64,000 nt of DNA from Vitrella brassicaformis CCMP3155 (taxonomy: Eukaryota; Protista; Chromerida). This document shows, piece by piece, positions 11,534 to 22,519 of the stretch (the stretch's first letter is position 1; the number at the start of each line of letters is the position of its first letter). The notes below the pieces were generated by a model, which saw nothing but the letters and a program-made list of their open reading frames with translations, was not told the DNA's origin and made no database searches. The stretch covers positions 10,155 to 74,154 of the forward strand of contig CDMY01000451.1 of assembly GCA_001179505.1 (NCBI GenBank), in the 5' to 3' direction. A program made the position numbers and the translations under genes.

Positions 11534-12172
11534 TGGATGGCTGACCATGAGACGTATGGCGCCCGTATGGTGAAGAGCAGGAAGTGCATGCGCGTGTTGG
11601 GGTTGCGCCGGCCCCATATGTACGTCATCACGTCAATCATCGACGACGCGAAGAAATACGTCGACCCAAAGAAATACGAAATCCCCTGCAGGCCACACAC
11701 CATCCACACACACACACGCATCCTCACTCACACACACTGCCTCTGTGTGTGTGTATGGCTGCATGGCTGCTGGACCAGGAGGAGGCTGCCAGTGACGATG
11801 AGCATCCAGAGGAAGTCGGCCGATTTGCTGCGGAATGCGACGTCCTCGAGGTTGCTGCAGTAGAAGACCAGCACGTATTGGTTCCAGAAGAAGTGGAGAC
11901 CGAAGTTGCCGAAGAACAGAAAACACGTCACCAGCCGCCACACCTAAACCACACACACACAACCACGCACACGACAGCCATATTCCGCTCACAGACAGGA
12001 TCTCTATCTCTCTTCCACTCACTTGTCCTTCTTTGATGAGGTTCCAGTTGAGATAGAGGCTGTACGGCGAGAGGATGTCCAGGCTGCAGAGCAGCATCAG
12101 CCCCGTCGAGAGTATCACATAGCTCTTCGTCACTGGAGGCAGCGACCCGAGCAGCTCGTCCAACTGAACCAT
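11188..12172 (-). CDS. DER1: Derlin (Der1-like ERAD membrane protein), host type
   Basis: LPPVTKSY, QVWRLVTCFLFFG, YCSNLEDVAFRSKSADFLWML, YIWGRRNP, IRAPY and GIIVGHLYYFFEDVYP. No bipartite plastid leader, so it is not the SELMA copy. Confidence 0.93.
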
Positions 12173-12334
12173 TTCTTCTGTTCCTTGCAGCAACAAGAGG
12201 GTCACCGTGGCGTTCCAGACAGGCTACAGGGGTGTCGAGCACGGTCATCCACTCACTCACCTTCGGGTTCGGGAGTTAGAGCGTATGGCGAGGTTCGGAG
12301 AAACAACGACTGAAAGTAGGCCATCCTCGTAGAT

Positions 12335-13854
12335 ATGAAGAAAGAGTACGTGACCAAGACACTCGACAGCCACAAGTGGGACGACTACGTCCCCAAAGAC
12401 GGAGATATCGTCGTGGCCACCTACTACAAGGTGAGTGCACGGGGGCAAACAAGCCAACACGGCACACACGCATTATGGACCACACAGCACAGACGCACGC
12501 TAACAGACAAGGCCAGGAAAAGAGCAGAGATGTGAGAGAAGACCGGAAGGTTCTGACTCACACACACACGAACACACTCCTTCTCTGTATTGTGTTGTGT
12601 GTGGCCAGTGCGGCTCCACGTGGATGCAGCAGATCGTCTACTCGCTGCTCTACCATGGCGAGCCGCCCACAGACCGGCCCGTGACAGAAATGGCTCCGCA
12701 GCCGGAGATGAAGCTCCTCCCATTCTCCTGGGACACACTGCCAGACATCAATGGGCGTCGAATGGTCAAGACCGGCCTCCCTGCTGACGTGGTGCCCTTC
12801 TACTCCAACGTCAAGTACATCTACGTGGGGCGAGATGGCCGGGACGCCTTCATGTCACTGGACAAGTAAGTGAGCACGGCAACAGCAGGGAGGCAACACG
12901 CATTCATTGGTTGTGTGTGTCCGTCGTCTGTGCAGCCATTGGTCGAGCCGCAACGAGAAGTACTACAAAAGCCCGCATGCGCTGCCCCGCTACACCGACC
13001 CGCCTGTGAGCGGCGACACTGGCCGGTTCTTCGATGAGTGGATCAGCAAGGGCAACCCCTGTCTGCCCTGGTTGGTGGTTTCACGGCACGTCACACGACG
13101 TAGATCGTGTTGCATGTTTCTCTGGGTGTGTGTGGCTGGTGCAGGGAGACGGACGGCTGGCCATTCTGGTCGCTGTTCAGGAGCATCGAGAGCTGGTGGC
13201 ACATGCGGGACAAGCGCAACGTTCTGATGGTGCACTTCAAGGTGAGCGTCTTGTGAATGGATGGAAAGGCATGCATCTCTTTCTCCCACTCTGTGTGTGT
13301 GGTGGGTGGGCAGAACCTCAAGCAAGATTTGGAGGGTCAGATGAAGCGCATAGCGTCTTTCCTGGAGATCGACATCGACGAGACGGCACTCAAGCAGGCG
13401 GCTGACAAGTGCACGTTCGCACACATGAAGGTACCCACTTCCACACACACCTATCACGCACACGTCACATACACACACACGAGCAGAATGATATATATAT
13501 ATTTACGTGTGTGGGTGGGTATGTCTCTGTGTGTGTGTGTGCAGGAGAACGCCTTGTCCGTGTTGGGTGAGCAGTTCAGCCAGTCCTGGGGCGAGGGCGG
13601 CCAGGCGGGCGCTCAGGTGAGTCAGTCAGTCAGTCAAGCCAGCCCTAATGAACACACGAAAGACACACACCCCATGTCATGTGCAGACCTTCATCTTCAA
13701 GGGCACCGACGGCCGCTGGAAGAACGTCCTGACCGACCAGCAGATGGCCAAGTATGCTGCCAAAGTGGCTGCGCTGCCGGCGTCCTGCGCCCACTGGCTG
13801 CAGACGGGCGAGATGGTGCCGATGGATGACACCCACGGGGCCTTCATCCACTAG
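12335..13854 (+). CDS. PAPS-dependent sulfotransferase (Sulfotransfer_1 family)
   Basis: DGDIVVATYYKCGSTWMQQIV (5'-PSB loop), KYIYVGRDGRDAFMS (3'-PB), WETDGWPFWS, NVLMVHFKNLKQDL and FIFKGTDGRWK. Confidence 0.9.
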
Positions 13855-14999
13855 CCAAAGGGGGGAGGTGGGGGCAGGGGGCACTGCTTTCATTGCACAT
13901 CTATGGTGTATCGTGTTTCTGAGATGATGTGTGTATTTTTGCATCGCATTCGCCGCTTGCTGATCTGATCCGAACACACGTGGGTATTTGTCAGTCAACG
14001 ATTGTTTGTGTCACCCTTTACAGTGTGTGTGAGTGTGTGTGTGTGTGTGCGAATCCCGCCGCCGTGTTTTCATATTGATCGCATTATTGTCAATGAGTCT
14101 TTTTCACCCTTTACGCAGCTGCAGGGTCAAGGGTGCATGGCCGTCCCGTGGTAGAGGGGCTTGGCTGGCTGGGTTAGGCTGACTGATTCAAGGCACCAAG
14201 TCCGAGTGCGTCGGCTGGGCGGAAAGGCTGCGTGTGGGGGGCTGGTCTGTGTGCGTGTTCGCCGTGGTAGTCTCTCGCTGAACGGTTGCAGCATTCTTTT
14301 TCTCAGTTGTGTCGGTGTCACATCGCCGTAAGTGTTCCCTCCCTTCCACATGTAAGTGCTGTCTCGTGCGTAATGCGTCCATTTCATCACTATATATATG
14401 GCGCCCCCGAGTATGCTTGTGTGTTCTATCGTGTCTGTCTCCGATTGGCTCTGCTGACGTGTTGTCCGCGTGCGGCCGTTCACAGGCGGAGAAGCCGTCA
14501 GCCGAGTCGGTCCGAGGGCCACGAGAGAACAAGCCTAGTGGAAATGCGGATGGGTCAGCATGGGTCGTGTGTGTGTGTGTGTGTGATGTGTGTCTTGCGG
14601 ACAGTCAGCCAATACCGTGATGTGGTGTGCTTGATGCGCGGGACACTGGTCACAATGAGTCCACACACGAGTTCACATCATTGGAGACGTCCCTTTGATG
14701 CACACCTACGTAGCTGTCCATGGACAGTCCACTCGTCGAGGCACTCACATTCGTCACACACATGGACGCCTCCCACCGGGAGACAGACACCAACAAGAAA
14801 AACAGTGAAGACAAGAATCATGCACTCTCCTGATGATCAAGAGAGGCCGCTGATCGCATAACGCACAGCGGCAAGCGGCAAGCGGCAACACACACTAATG
14901 ACGCACCCATGCATTCCACGGACACCTCTTCTCGTGACTTGAGCAAAACGCGAGAAGAGCAGTCCCATAGAGAGATCAATCCATGTACACTTCCACCCA

Positions 15000-16160
15000 A
15001 CTCACATCCACCTATTCACTCGACCGGCGCGCCCCTGGCGGCCTCGGCCGTCTTGACCCGGGGTGCAGCCAGGGAGAAACAGTCGGTCGTAGACGGCCCC
15101 ACCCCCCCGAAGCACCACGCCGCTGCGCTTGGCCTCCTTGACCCGATTGAGTTTCCGTCGTCAAGGGGTCGTGGCCGTCGAAGCAGCCGGTGGTCCACTG
15201 CTTGACGAGCGTGTGGCTGTCGGCCCTCTCGAGCAGCAGTGGTATGTTCGATGAGGGCGAACGAGAGAGGGGTCGGTGAGTGAGTGAGTGGCCGGTGAGG
15301 GAGGCTCGATGCACAGCTATGAGTGGCCAGCAAAGCACCGGTCACCAAATTCGCCTTCGCCCGGCAAGTGAATGCGCTTCCGCCATAGCTCATCGGGCAC
15401 CAAATCAGATCATGAACACGGCCACTCCCTGCCAGACAGCACAAGGACACATACGCGAGAAATGAGCACATGCATCCATGCGCGCCAGATCCAATCCGGT
15501 TCTGCACCTGAATGAAGGGATGGCACCTGTCTGTTACGTCGCCGACGTCGGCTCTTGTGCTGTACTGAGGTGACAGATCTGCAAGCACAGCGATGTTCCA
15601 GGCAAATCCATGCTTGCTTTCCCTGCCTCTTTCACTGTCATGCCACCCTCCACCAACCCGCCTGTCTCATCGGGGTTGAGCGCACCATCTTGCTGTGTTC
15701 TGCAGCACCACTGCACACGATAGCTCGTCCGAATCCCTTAAAGTGGTCCACTGAGATGTTGAGCGGCAAACTCCAAACCGACAGGGCACTCAGAGGACGA
15801 CCCATCCCCGGTGCTTGAATCTTCTTCTGACCGACGGACTGGGGCTGGGATCCTGGTCGACGGCAGCAACACACACTCGACAGGACGGCAGATGCTGGGA
15901 AGGACACACGCACCCGTCGAAGGCAGAGCCGTCGACGGCGCTGCCTTGCTGCTGCAGGCCAAGTCGAGCACATGAATAATGACAGATCTCGGTGCCATAG
16001 CTGCTGTTGACGGTATCGGGCGAATGGCATCGATATCGTCGAGGGCCGGGGAGGCTGACCGGGGCGAGAGGGGCGAGAGGAGGACATGCTGAGATCTCAT
16101 CAGAAGATGAACGATAACATCTCAGCCGATAATGGCGCTTCTCACAGGCACCCTTCCATG
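15000..16160 (-). pseudogene. Degenerate relic of an ankyrin-repeat-type gene, paralogous to 40490-41340
   Basis: Nucleotide similarity to the inverted copy at 40490-41340, e.g. gcctccccggccctcgacgatatcgatgccattcgc, ggtttggagtttgccgc and gcgctcaa.cccgatgaga. Stops occur in the homologous frames. Confidence 0.55.
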
Positions 16161-16552
16161 CGGTCCCATCCGCCAAAGAGCGCCCTGTTCCCCCTCCATG
16201 GTCTTCTTTGAGCTCGCAGATCGAAGAGAGAAGGGAAAGGAGGGAGGGGAAGAAGGAGGGGCAGCCTTGTGCAGCATCGAGGGGCGGCTGAGGTTCTTTC
16301 TCTGCCTTCTACGCCTCAAGTCGATGAGTTGACTGAGCGGCATCGTCGCGTCTGTCCTTCCTGAGGTACGCCAGAAGGGACAGAAAGAAGGCCAATTCGC
16401 CATCGGTGCCGCCCTCATGTGCTCTGTGTGTTTGTGCGTCAGGGGGGGACCGTGAGCATCGCTTATCAGCTGCTGCCCCAGAGAAGGCCTTGGAGTTCTC
16501 ATCGCAGCGGACGGCAGAGAGAGCAGCCGCTGAGTCAGATCTACAGCTAGCC

Positions 16553-18893
16553 ATGGAGGACTGTAGACAGGTGAGGCGACCACAGCACCGCCTGCAATCG
16601 ATGGCGCATTTCAACCGACCATTGTCGATTGTGTGTTTGGTGTATGGGTGCAGGTTAAAAGGTCTCGCCCTGGGAGCGACGCACCGGCTGCTTCTTCATC
16701 GGCTGCAGCTGCAGCGGATGGTGGTTCTGCGAGTGCGAGTGATGAGGCGCGGCAGCGGCGGGAGGAGAGGGAACGGCGCATCTTCTGGGGGAATGCGCCT
16801 GTGAGCCAACCGCACGTACAAGGACATACACACTCTGATAGGTATTCACATCTCTTGCCTTTCCGTGTGCTGTGTGCAGCCCGAAATTCGGAGCTTCATC
16901 ATGGCCTTCCCCTCCCCATCCATCTGCTGATCCTGCTGCCGCCTCTGACGTGGCAGCACGCCGCCCGCAAGCAGCACCACCTCACCATCAGCGCAGCAGA
17001 CGAACACGAGCGGTCGTTTTGGCAGAGAGCCGCCATCGACCCAGCTACATGATGGTCTTCCTGCCCATCCACCTGATGGTGCAGCTGGCCAAGTCCATCT
17101 GGCAGCACGCCGCACCCGAGCTCTCGGACGTCACCATCAGCTCGGCAACCAAGGAGGAGCGGCCCTTTTGGCAGCACGTCCGTCTCGCCTTCGTCGCCCA
17201 GCTGGCGGCCCGACTCACCCACCTCACAGCCATCACCCTCCGCTACCCCACCGGCTTTACCGGTGTCTTCTGCTGGTGTTTCGACGTGTTTGTGGCCATC
17301 ATCGAGGGCCACATTGCCGGCCGACGGGCAGCCAACATGCAAGGAGGGACCCTGCAGACCATCACCTTCAAAGAGGGGGTTCGGCTGACCGGTACGGCGA
17401 GCCAGAGCGTCTCGAGGACTCGTCCGCCCCTCCCCGCTCTGATCGACCCGCCCCCGACTCTCCACGCACTCACGACTATTGGCGGCCTGACCTACCACCA
17501 TGACGCGTTGGCCTACCGACGCTGGCTGGTGCCCTCACTCGCCACTGTGCGGCAGGAGGGTTGGCACGCCGGCAGATTGGGCCAGCTCATCAGCTCGTCC
17601 CGCTCCCTGCGGCGTGTGGACGGCAGCTCTGGGGGTGAGGAGTGGGCGGGGGTGTTTGAGGGGATCCTTGCGGCACCTGCTGGGCAGCAGGGGGGGCCAC
17701 TTAGCAACTTGGGGAGCATCGGCACCATCGAGATCGACTGGACGACCATCGGGCGGCGCGGGAGGGCATAGATCGGCTTCAGGTGAACGCAAAAGACGCA
17801 CGTGTGCAGCAGGGCGTGGGGGTTGGCTCATGATGTCCTTCCTGTGTGTGTATTCTTGCCTTCAGGAAGTGCTCGTTGCGCGTGGCTGCCGACAGTCACT
17901 CAAGCAGCTGCACGTGCGCTTTGGTTCCTTCTACCGCATCGACCGCCACACCTTTCCCGTCTTGCTGGCCCTGGACCGGCTGGTCGGCGCGTGCTGCCGA
18001 CAGGACGCCCCACTCACCTTTGAGTCCCCAGACGCCATATTTGACCTCGCCATCTTCTACCACACCGAATTCCCCACCGACCCGTCACCCTCATTTAAGA
18101 CCATGATCCAACAGCTGGCCCAGCAGGCCACATCGGTGGAGTACCTCTTCACTCAGGACGGCCTCGCCGACCCGCACACCGACCCGAGCCAACCGGCCAT
18201 CGACATTGCGTCCAGCCTCTCATTCGACGAGGCCGTGTGGGTTGAGGTCAGGGATGCCCTCGGCTTCCATCCCCCGGCCAACACCCCATCGCCCCGTCCC
18301 ACCATCATCACCCACCTCAAGCCATTCCCGAAAGCCTCACAGCTGGTCGTCGCGAGCGGATTGGGTGGTGCTGTTGGCGAGCTGCTGGCCGCCAAGATGC
18401 CCAAGGAGGTGCGGGGGGTGGACGTCGAAAGGGGGTTGGGTGGTGAGGAGAAGGTGGGTGTGTTGACGGCGCTGGGGAGGGAGAGGGAGGTGGATACGGT
18501 GGTGATGGGGGAGGTCGGGGTCGACCAGCTGGTGGGGGCGGCCGACAGCTTGCCGACTATCAAACGACTACAATTCAACATCACACGTACGCCGGGAGAG
18601 GATGGCAGTGTGTCCTTCCGTTCTCATCTCTCCCGTGTGTGTGTTCCCCTTCAGTGCCCGATGATGTGGAGGACACGGGCAGCTTCGTCCGCACCCGCCT
18701 CTCGTCGGTCATCCCGCACATCAGGGGCCTCCAGGGCGTCACGCTGCGGGTCCAAAAGACGACAGCTGAGCAGCATGATTCCATCACCGCGTCCCTCCCT
18801 GTGGGCGTCAACATCGGTGCCTTCTGCGTCTCAATCAGAAACGTGCACCGCGGGAGGGACTTCACGAGCATTCATCTAGTCCTCAATGCCTAA
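16553..18893 (+). pseudogene. Lineage-specific F-box-like family, copy A (chimeric, frameshifted)
   Basis: Same five-exon layout as copies B and C. Exon 3 has a B-type start fused to a C-type start, an in-frame TGA at 17050-17052 in the B-type frame, and a 1-bp deletion near 17740. Confidence 0.8.
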
Positions 18894-19766
18894 AGGTGAG
18901 TGAACGGCGTTCATTCAAACGAAGGTCGGTCTGATTGTGTGACCATCTTCACGTCTGTCTGTGTGTGCAGGGTGGTGGTGGTCGTGTCTGTCAGGCCGAC
19001 CATTGTGTGTGGTGGATCATTCGCAGCGGAGGGGCAGTGGGACCCTTCTTAGCTGACGACATTCACTGGCTGCATAGCATAGCTGCGATGTGTGTGTGTG
19101 TGTGTGTGTATGTGTGGGTGCATGGCTGTACAGATTGCCGGACGGGAACCGCCTGATGCGGGCGTGGGAGTGAGCACATCACACACAGACTCCTGCTGTG
19201 TGTGGTGGTGCTGCATGATGGATGCGTCGATGGTATATCTCGCTCGTCTGTCTGTCTGTTTGTCTCTTGGCATTTGCTCGTATCAGTGTGCCTGCTTGCC
19301 TGCCTGCCTGTCTGCCTCGCTCGATCCTTTGTGCCGTCTGGCCCCTTCCTCTCCTCAGTCCCCCTTAGTGGCAGACAGCAGCGGCAGAGGGGAGATGGAC
19401 GAGCACAGGAAGGCAAGGCACACACACGGTGGGCAGATTCAAGTGTGAGGGCGGTAGCCGCCGATTGGGGACCCGCGCACACACAAACAGACAGACAGAC
19501 AGCCACACAAACAGACAGACAGCCACACAAACAGACAGACAGAGAGACAATCAGACAGACGGAGAGACAAATGGATGTCTTTGCTCGCCATGAATGAGAG
19601 AGACGGTGCGCCTGTCCGTTGGTTGGGCGTGTTGCACTTTTGTGTTTGCGATGGACGGAATGCCCGGCTGTTGTCAGAAGTGAAGAGCCTTCGCTGATCG
19701 CATCCGCCCAGAACGAACACGCCGACATCACACGGCGTCTTCCTGTCTATCTCTTCTGACGCGCTC

Positions 19767-19891
19767 GCTAGATGAGAGACATCAGAGCTTTGCAATGGTT
19801 TGCAATGAACCGTTGCTTCAACAGGCGAATGGTCTCGTTTGTCTGTCATCGATATGCAAAGGCATCATCATGCAACGCACCCCAACCAACC
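19767..19891 (+). repeat. 125-bp dispersed repeat, copy 1
   Basis: Aligns without gaps to 25119-25243 with 7 mismatches (about 94% identity). Confidence 0.95.
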
Positions 19892-20386
19892 TGCGGGCCG
19901 TGTGAATGTGTGTGCGTGTATGTGGATGACTTTGAGGGGGGCTGACATGTCACACACACACATCGTGCGCCGCATGGCCGGTGACCCACTCGCCCACGAT
20001 CCTGCAGGTACAGAGAGAGAGATCAGAAACACCAGGAGAAGCGCAATCATTATGCCGAGGGCGCGGTGTGTTTTGCTGTGGACCTGCATGTCGAAGATGC
20101 ATGTGCCGCCTCTCTCAGGGCCGGTCCAGCCGGTGCAGGTCATTGGCAGGGAGAAAACTCCGAAGCGCATGAATGCTCATCGTTTGACGGCCAGTTTCCG
20201 AAAGAAGTTCGGCGCGGCAGCCTTTGCATCAAGAAATGAAGGTCACACAACGACACGCATCCATGTCTCTACCTATCCCTCCCCCCATCTCCCCTTCCTC
20301 TGGACAGCTCCCAGATCGTTTGCTGCCGGACACACGCCACATAGCAATCATTGCCACCGCACAAAAACCCAACCAATACGAGTCAG

Positions 20387-21907
20387 TCATGGCACTGGGC
20401 CGAGCGTCGCATCTTCGAGCCCGAATCGCCTCAGCAGCTGCCGCACACGAGCCATGGTGACAGGGAACCGCTCCCCATTAGTCACCCCACCGGCCACCTC
20501 TACCTCGCTCGTCCTGACCACAATTTGCAAGTCGATAAGACCTCCCAGGTGTACGGAGGCCACCAAACCACCAGCCAGTAGTAGCACCACAACACGTCTG
20601 GGCTCGTACGAAACTGGCTGCCTTGGCGGCTTCTCCTCTGACTCTCGCATGTCGATGACGACAATGTCAGGCTCGCAGGTGAAGGAATCGCTCAGGACTA
20701 GCGCTGCGTAGTGTCGGAAAGCACGACAGCTCGTCCTGACTTTGAGGGTGATCTTCCTGGCGCGATTGACATGGTTGAGTCCCAGCAGCTTGTCAAGGGC
20801 AAAGGCGCTGAATGAACGGTAGACGCGATCGGTCCATTTGGATGAGAGTGGGAAGCGGCCCCCGCTGTTGACTGGCGGGTCACTGGGGCAATAGATAAGC
20901 CGGCCGAGAATAAGCCGCCACAGCTCGTTCCTCTCGACGATGCGGAACTGCCTCTCGCCGATGGCATACCACTGCACTAGCCTGCTCCTTGCGTGCAGCA
21001 AGAAGACCATGAGCGACACATAGAGGAGGCAGGCCGTAAGGATCACGCCCGCGTCCGCGTAGATGCAGGTAAGGCCGGCACCAATCCACCGCAAGGCAAG
21101 CAAGTTGTCATGCGGAGCCTTGAGGATGTCATCAAGATAGAAAGACAGCGTAAGGCGCACGAGTAACCAGACCCACAGCAGCACATAGATCACGTAGACG
21201 GCTGCCGTCAGGAGTCGCTGCAGCAGGCTGGTGGGGATAACAAAGACATCGGTCTTCCGTCTGCAGCCCTCGGTCAGCTGCAGTTGCAGCTGTTGACTGC
21301 TAGCCCCACTGCAGAGCAGACCGCCAAATGTCGTGTAGACGGCCATGGCAGCGGGCAGCCGATGGAAAGTCGCCTTGTCGGGCACATGAGCCGCCACACT
21401 CTCAGCCGACAGCACCATAGGCAGCTGGCCAGCCGCACCCCAGGCACTCGCCACCCTGATAAATGTGGCCATCATGCGCCACTCAGCCGCCCGCTCGATG
21501 ACATAGGCACAGCGAGCGAGATATCCAAATCGCGAGAGGGATGGTGGCAGGACAGGAGCCGACGGGTCGACGCCGCGGTCCCTCTCCACATCGATAAGGC
21601 CGGTGAGCTGCTGCTGGGCCAGGCAGCTGTTGATGCGACCGAGAAGGAACGCTTCATCGATCAGCCGAGCGCCGTAAGCCTTGCCGACCGCCCGGAGCCT
21701 CACGGCATCGTCGACAGGCAGTAGAGGGATGACCACACGGGCGAAGACGTCAGCAGGAAGCCCTTGGTCAGCTCCAGCACTACCGATGGCGACCGATAGC
21801 TCAGTGGTGGAATCATCCTCCTCAGTGGATGTCGACAGCAACTGACGATGGTCGGCCACTCGCCGATAAGAGAAACGAGACGTCCACCACCGCAGCAGCC
21901 AAATCAT
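20387..21907 (-). CDS. Intronless lineage-specific F-box-like protein with an inserted transmembrane block (506 aa)
   Basis: Uninterrupted ORF. It has an N-terminal LPADVFARVVIPLLPVDDAVRLRAVGK F-box-like motif and a hydrophobic segment, LLTAAVYVIYVLLWVWLLVRL...VILTACLLYVSLMVFLL. Confidence 0.8.
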   Translation of the reverse strand: MIWLLRWWTSRFSYRRVADHRQLLSTSTEEDDSTTELSVAIGSAGADQGLPADVFARVVIPLLPVDDAVRLRAVGKAYGARLIDEAFLLGRINSCLAQQQLTGLIDVERDRGVDPSAPVLPPSLSRFGYLARCAYVIERAAEWRMMATFIRVASAWGAAGQLPMVLSAESVAAHVPDKATFHRLPAAMAVYTTFGGLLCSGASSQQLQLQLTEGCRRKTDVFVIPTSLLQRLLTAAVYVIYVLLWVWLLVRLTLSFYLDDILKAPHDNLLALRWIGAGLTCIYADAGVILTACLLYVSLMVFLLHARSRLVQWYAIGERQFRIVERNELWRLILGRLIYCPSDPPVNSGGRFPLSSKWTDRVYRSFSAFALDKLLGLNHVNRARKITLKVRTSCRAFRHYAALVLSDSFTCEPDIVVIDMRESEEKPPRQPVSYEPRRVVVLLLAGGLVASVHLGGLIDLQIVVRTSEVEVAGGVTNGERFPVTMARVRQLLRRFGLEDATLGPVP

Positions 21908-22230
21908 TATTTGTCAGCTGTCGGTGAGGGAGGGACACAGAGACCTCAGCAAGCAGCAGAAGCTGAGAAGCTTCCATGCTGTGTACCTGTTCGGCTCTCT
22001 CGATGATAGGGCTCGTGTGCGTGTGATGCTCTCTATGCTCTGTTGACCTTCTTCGCTCAGCTGGGGCTCACACAGACTTCCCTCATCGCAGCTGCGCCTG
22101 ACAGGACATGAACAGACATCGCATGTTTTGGAAGATCCCACACACGTGTGCATTCATGGTTCCTTTGCTCCCATTTCCGACCCCTCCTCACCTCCAGAAA
22201 CGCCATTCGGCTCCATCTCTGGCGATCGCA

Positions 22231-22239
22231 AAGCTCGCA
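22231..22239 (+). promoter_or_regulatory. AAGCTCGCA motif in a divergent spacer
   Basis: Exact 9-mer between the ATGs at 21907 and 22520. Confidence 0.55.
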
Positions 22240-22519
22240 GCAGCGGGCATAACGCGGCTCTGCTGGGCTTTTCCTCTTCCCATTCATCGCAATGGACAGC
22301 CTCACAGAGCGAACGGGAAAAAAGCTTCGTGGTCCGTCGAGAATCAGAGACGGGGAATGATGATAAGTTTTAACGCCAAGCCATGATAAGCTTTTTTCCG
22401 ACGGATCCGATTCTTGCGCTTACCACCCTTCTCCCCGCGCTTTCCGTTCCCCGCTCACTCCTGTTCTTCTCGCCTCTCTACCGGCCGCAACGTCGCCGAC
22501 AGCCCGCTATGATTAATCA

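Noticed and set aside
14150-14210. tRNA-like string ending ...gattcaaggcacca
   Set aside because: No cloverleaf, no acceptor-stem pairing and no proper A/B boxes.
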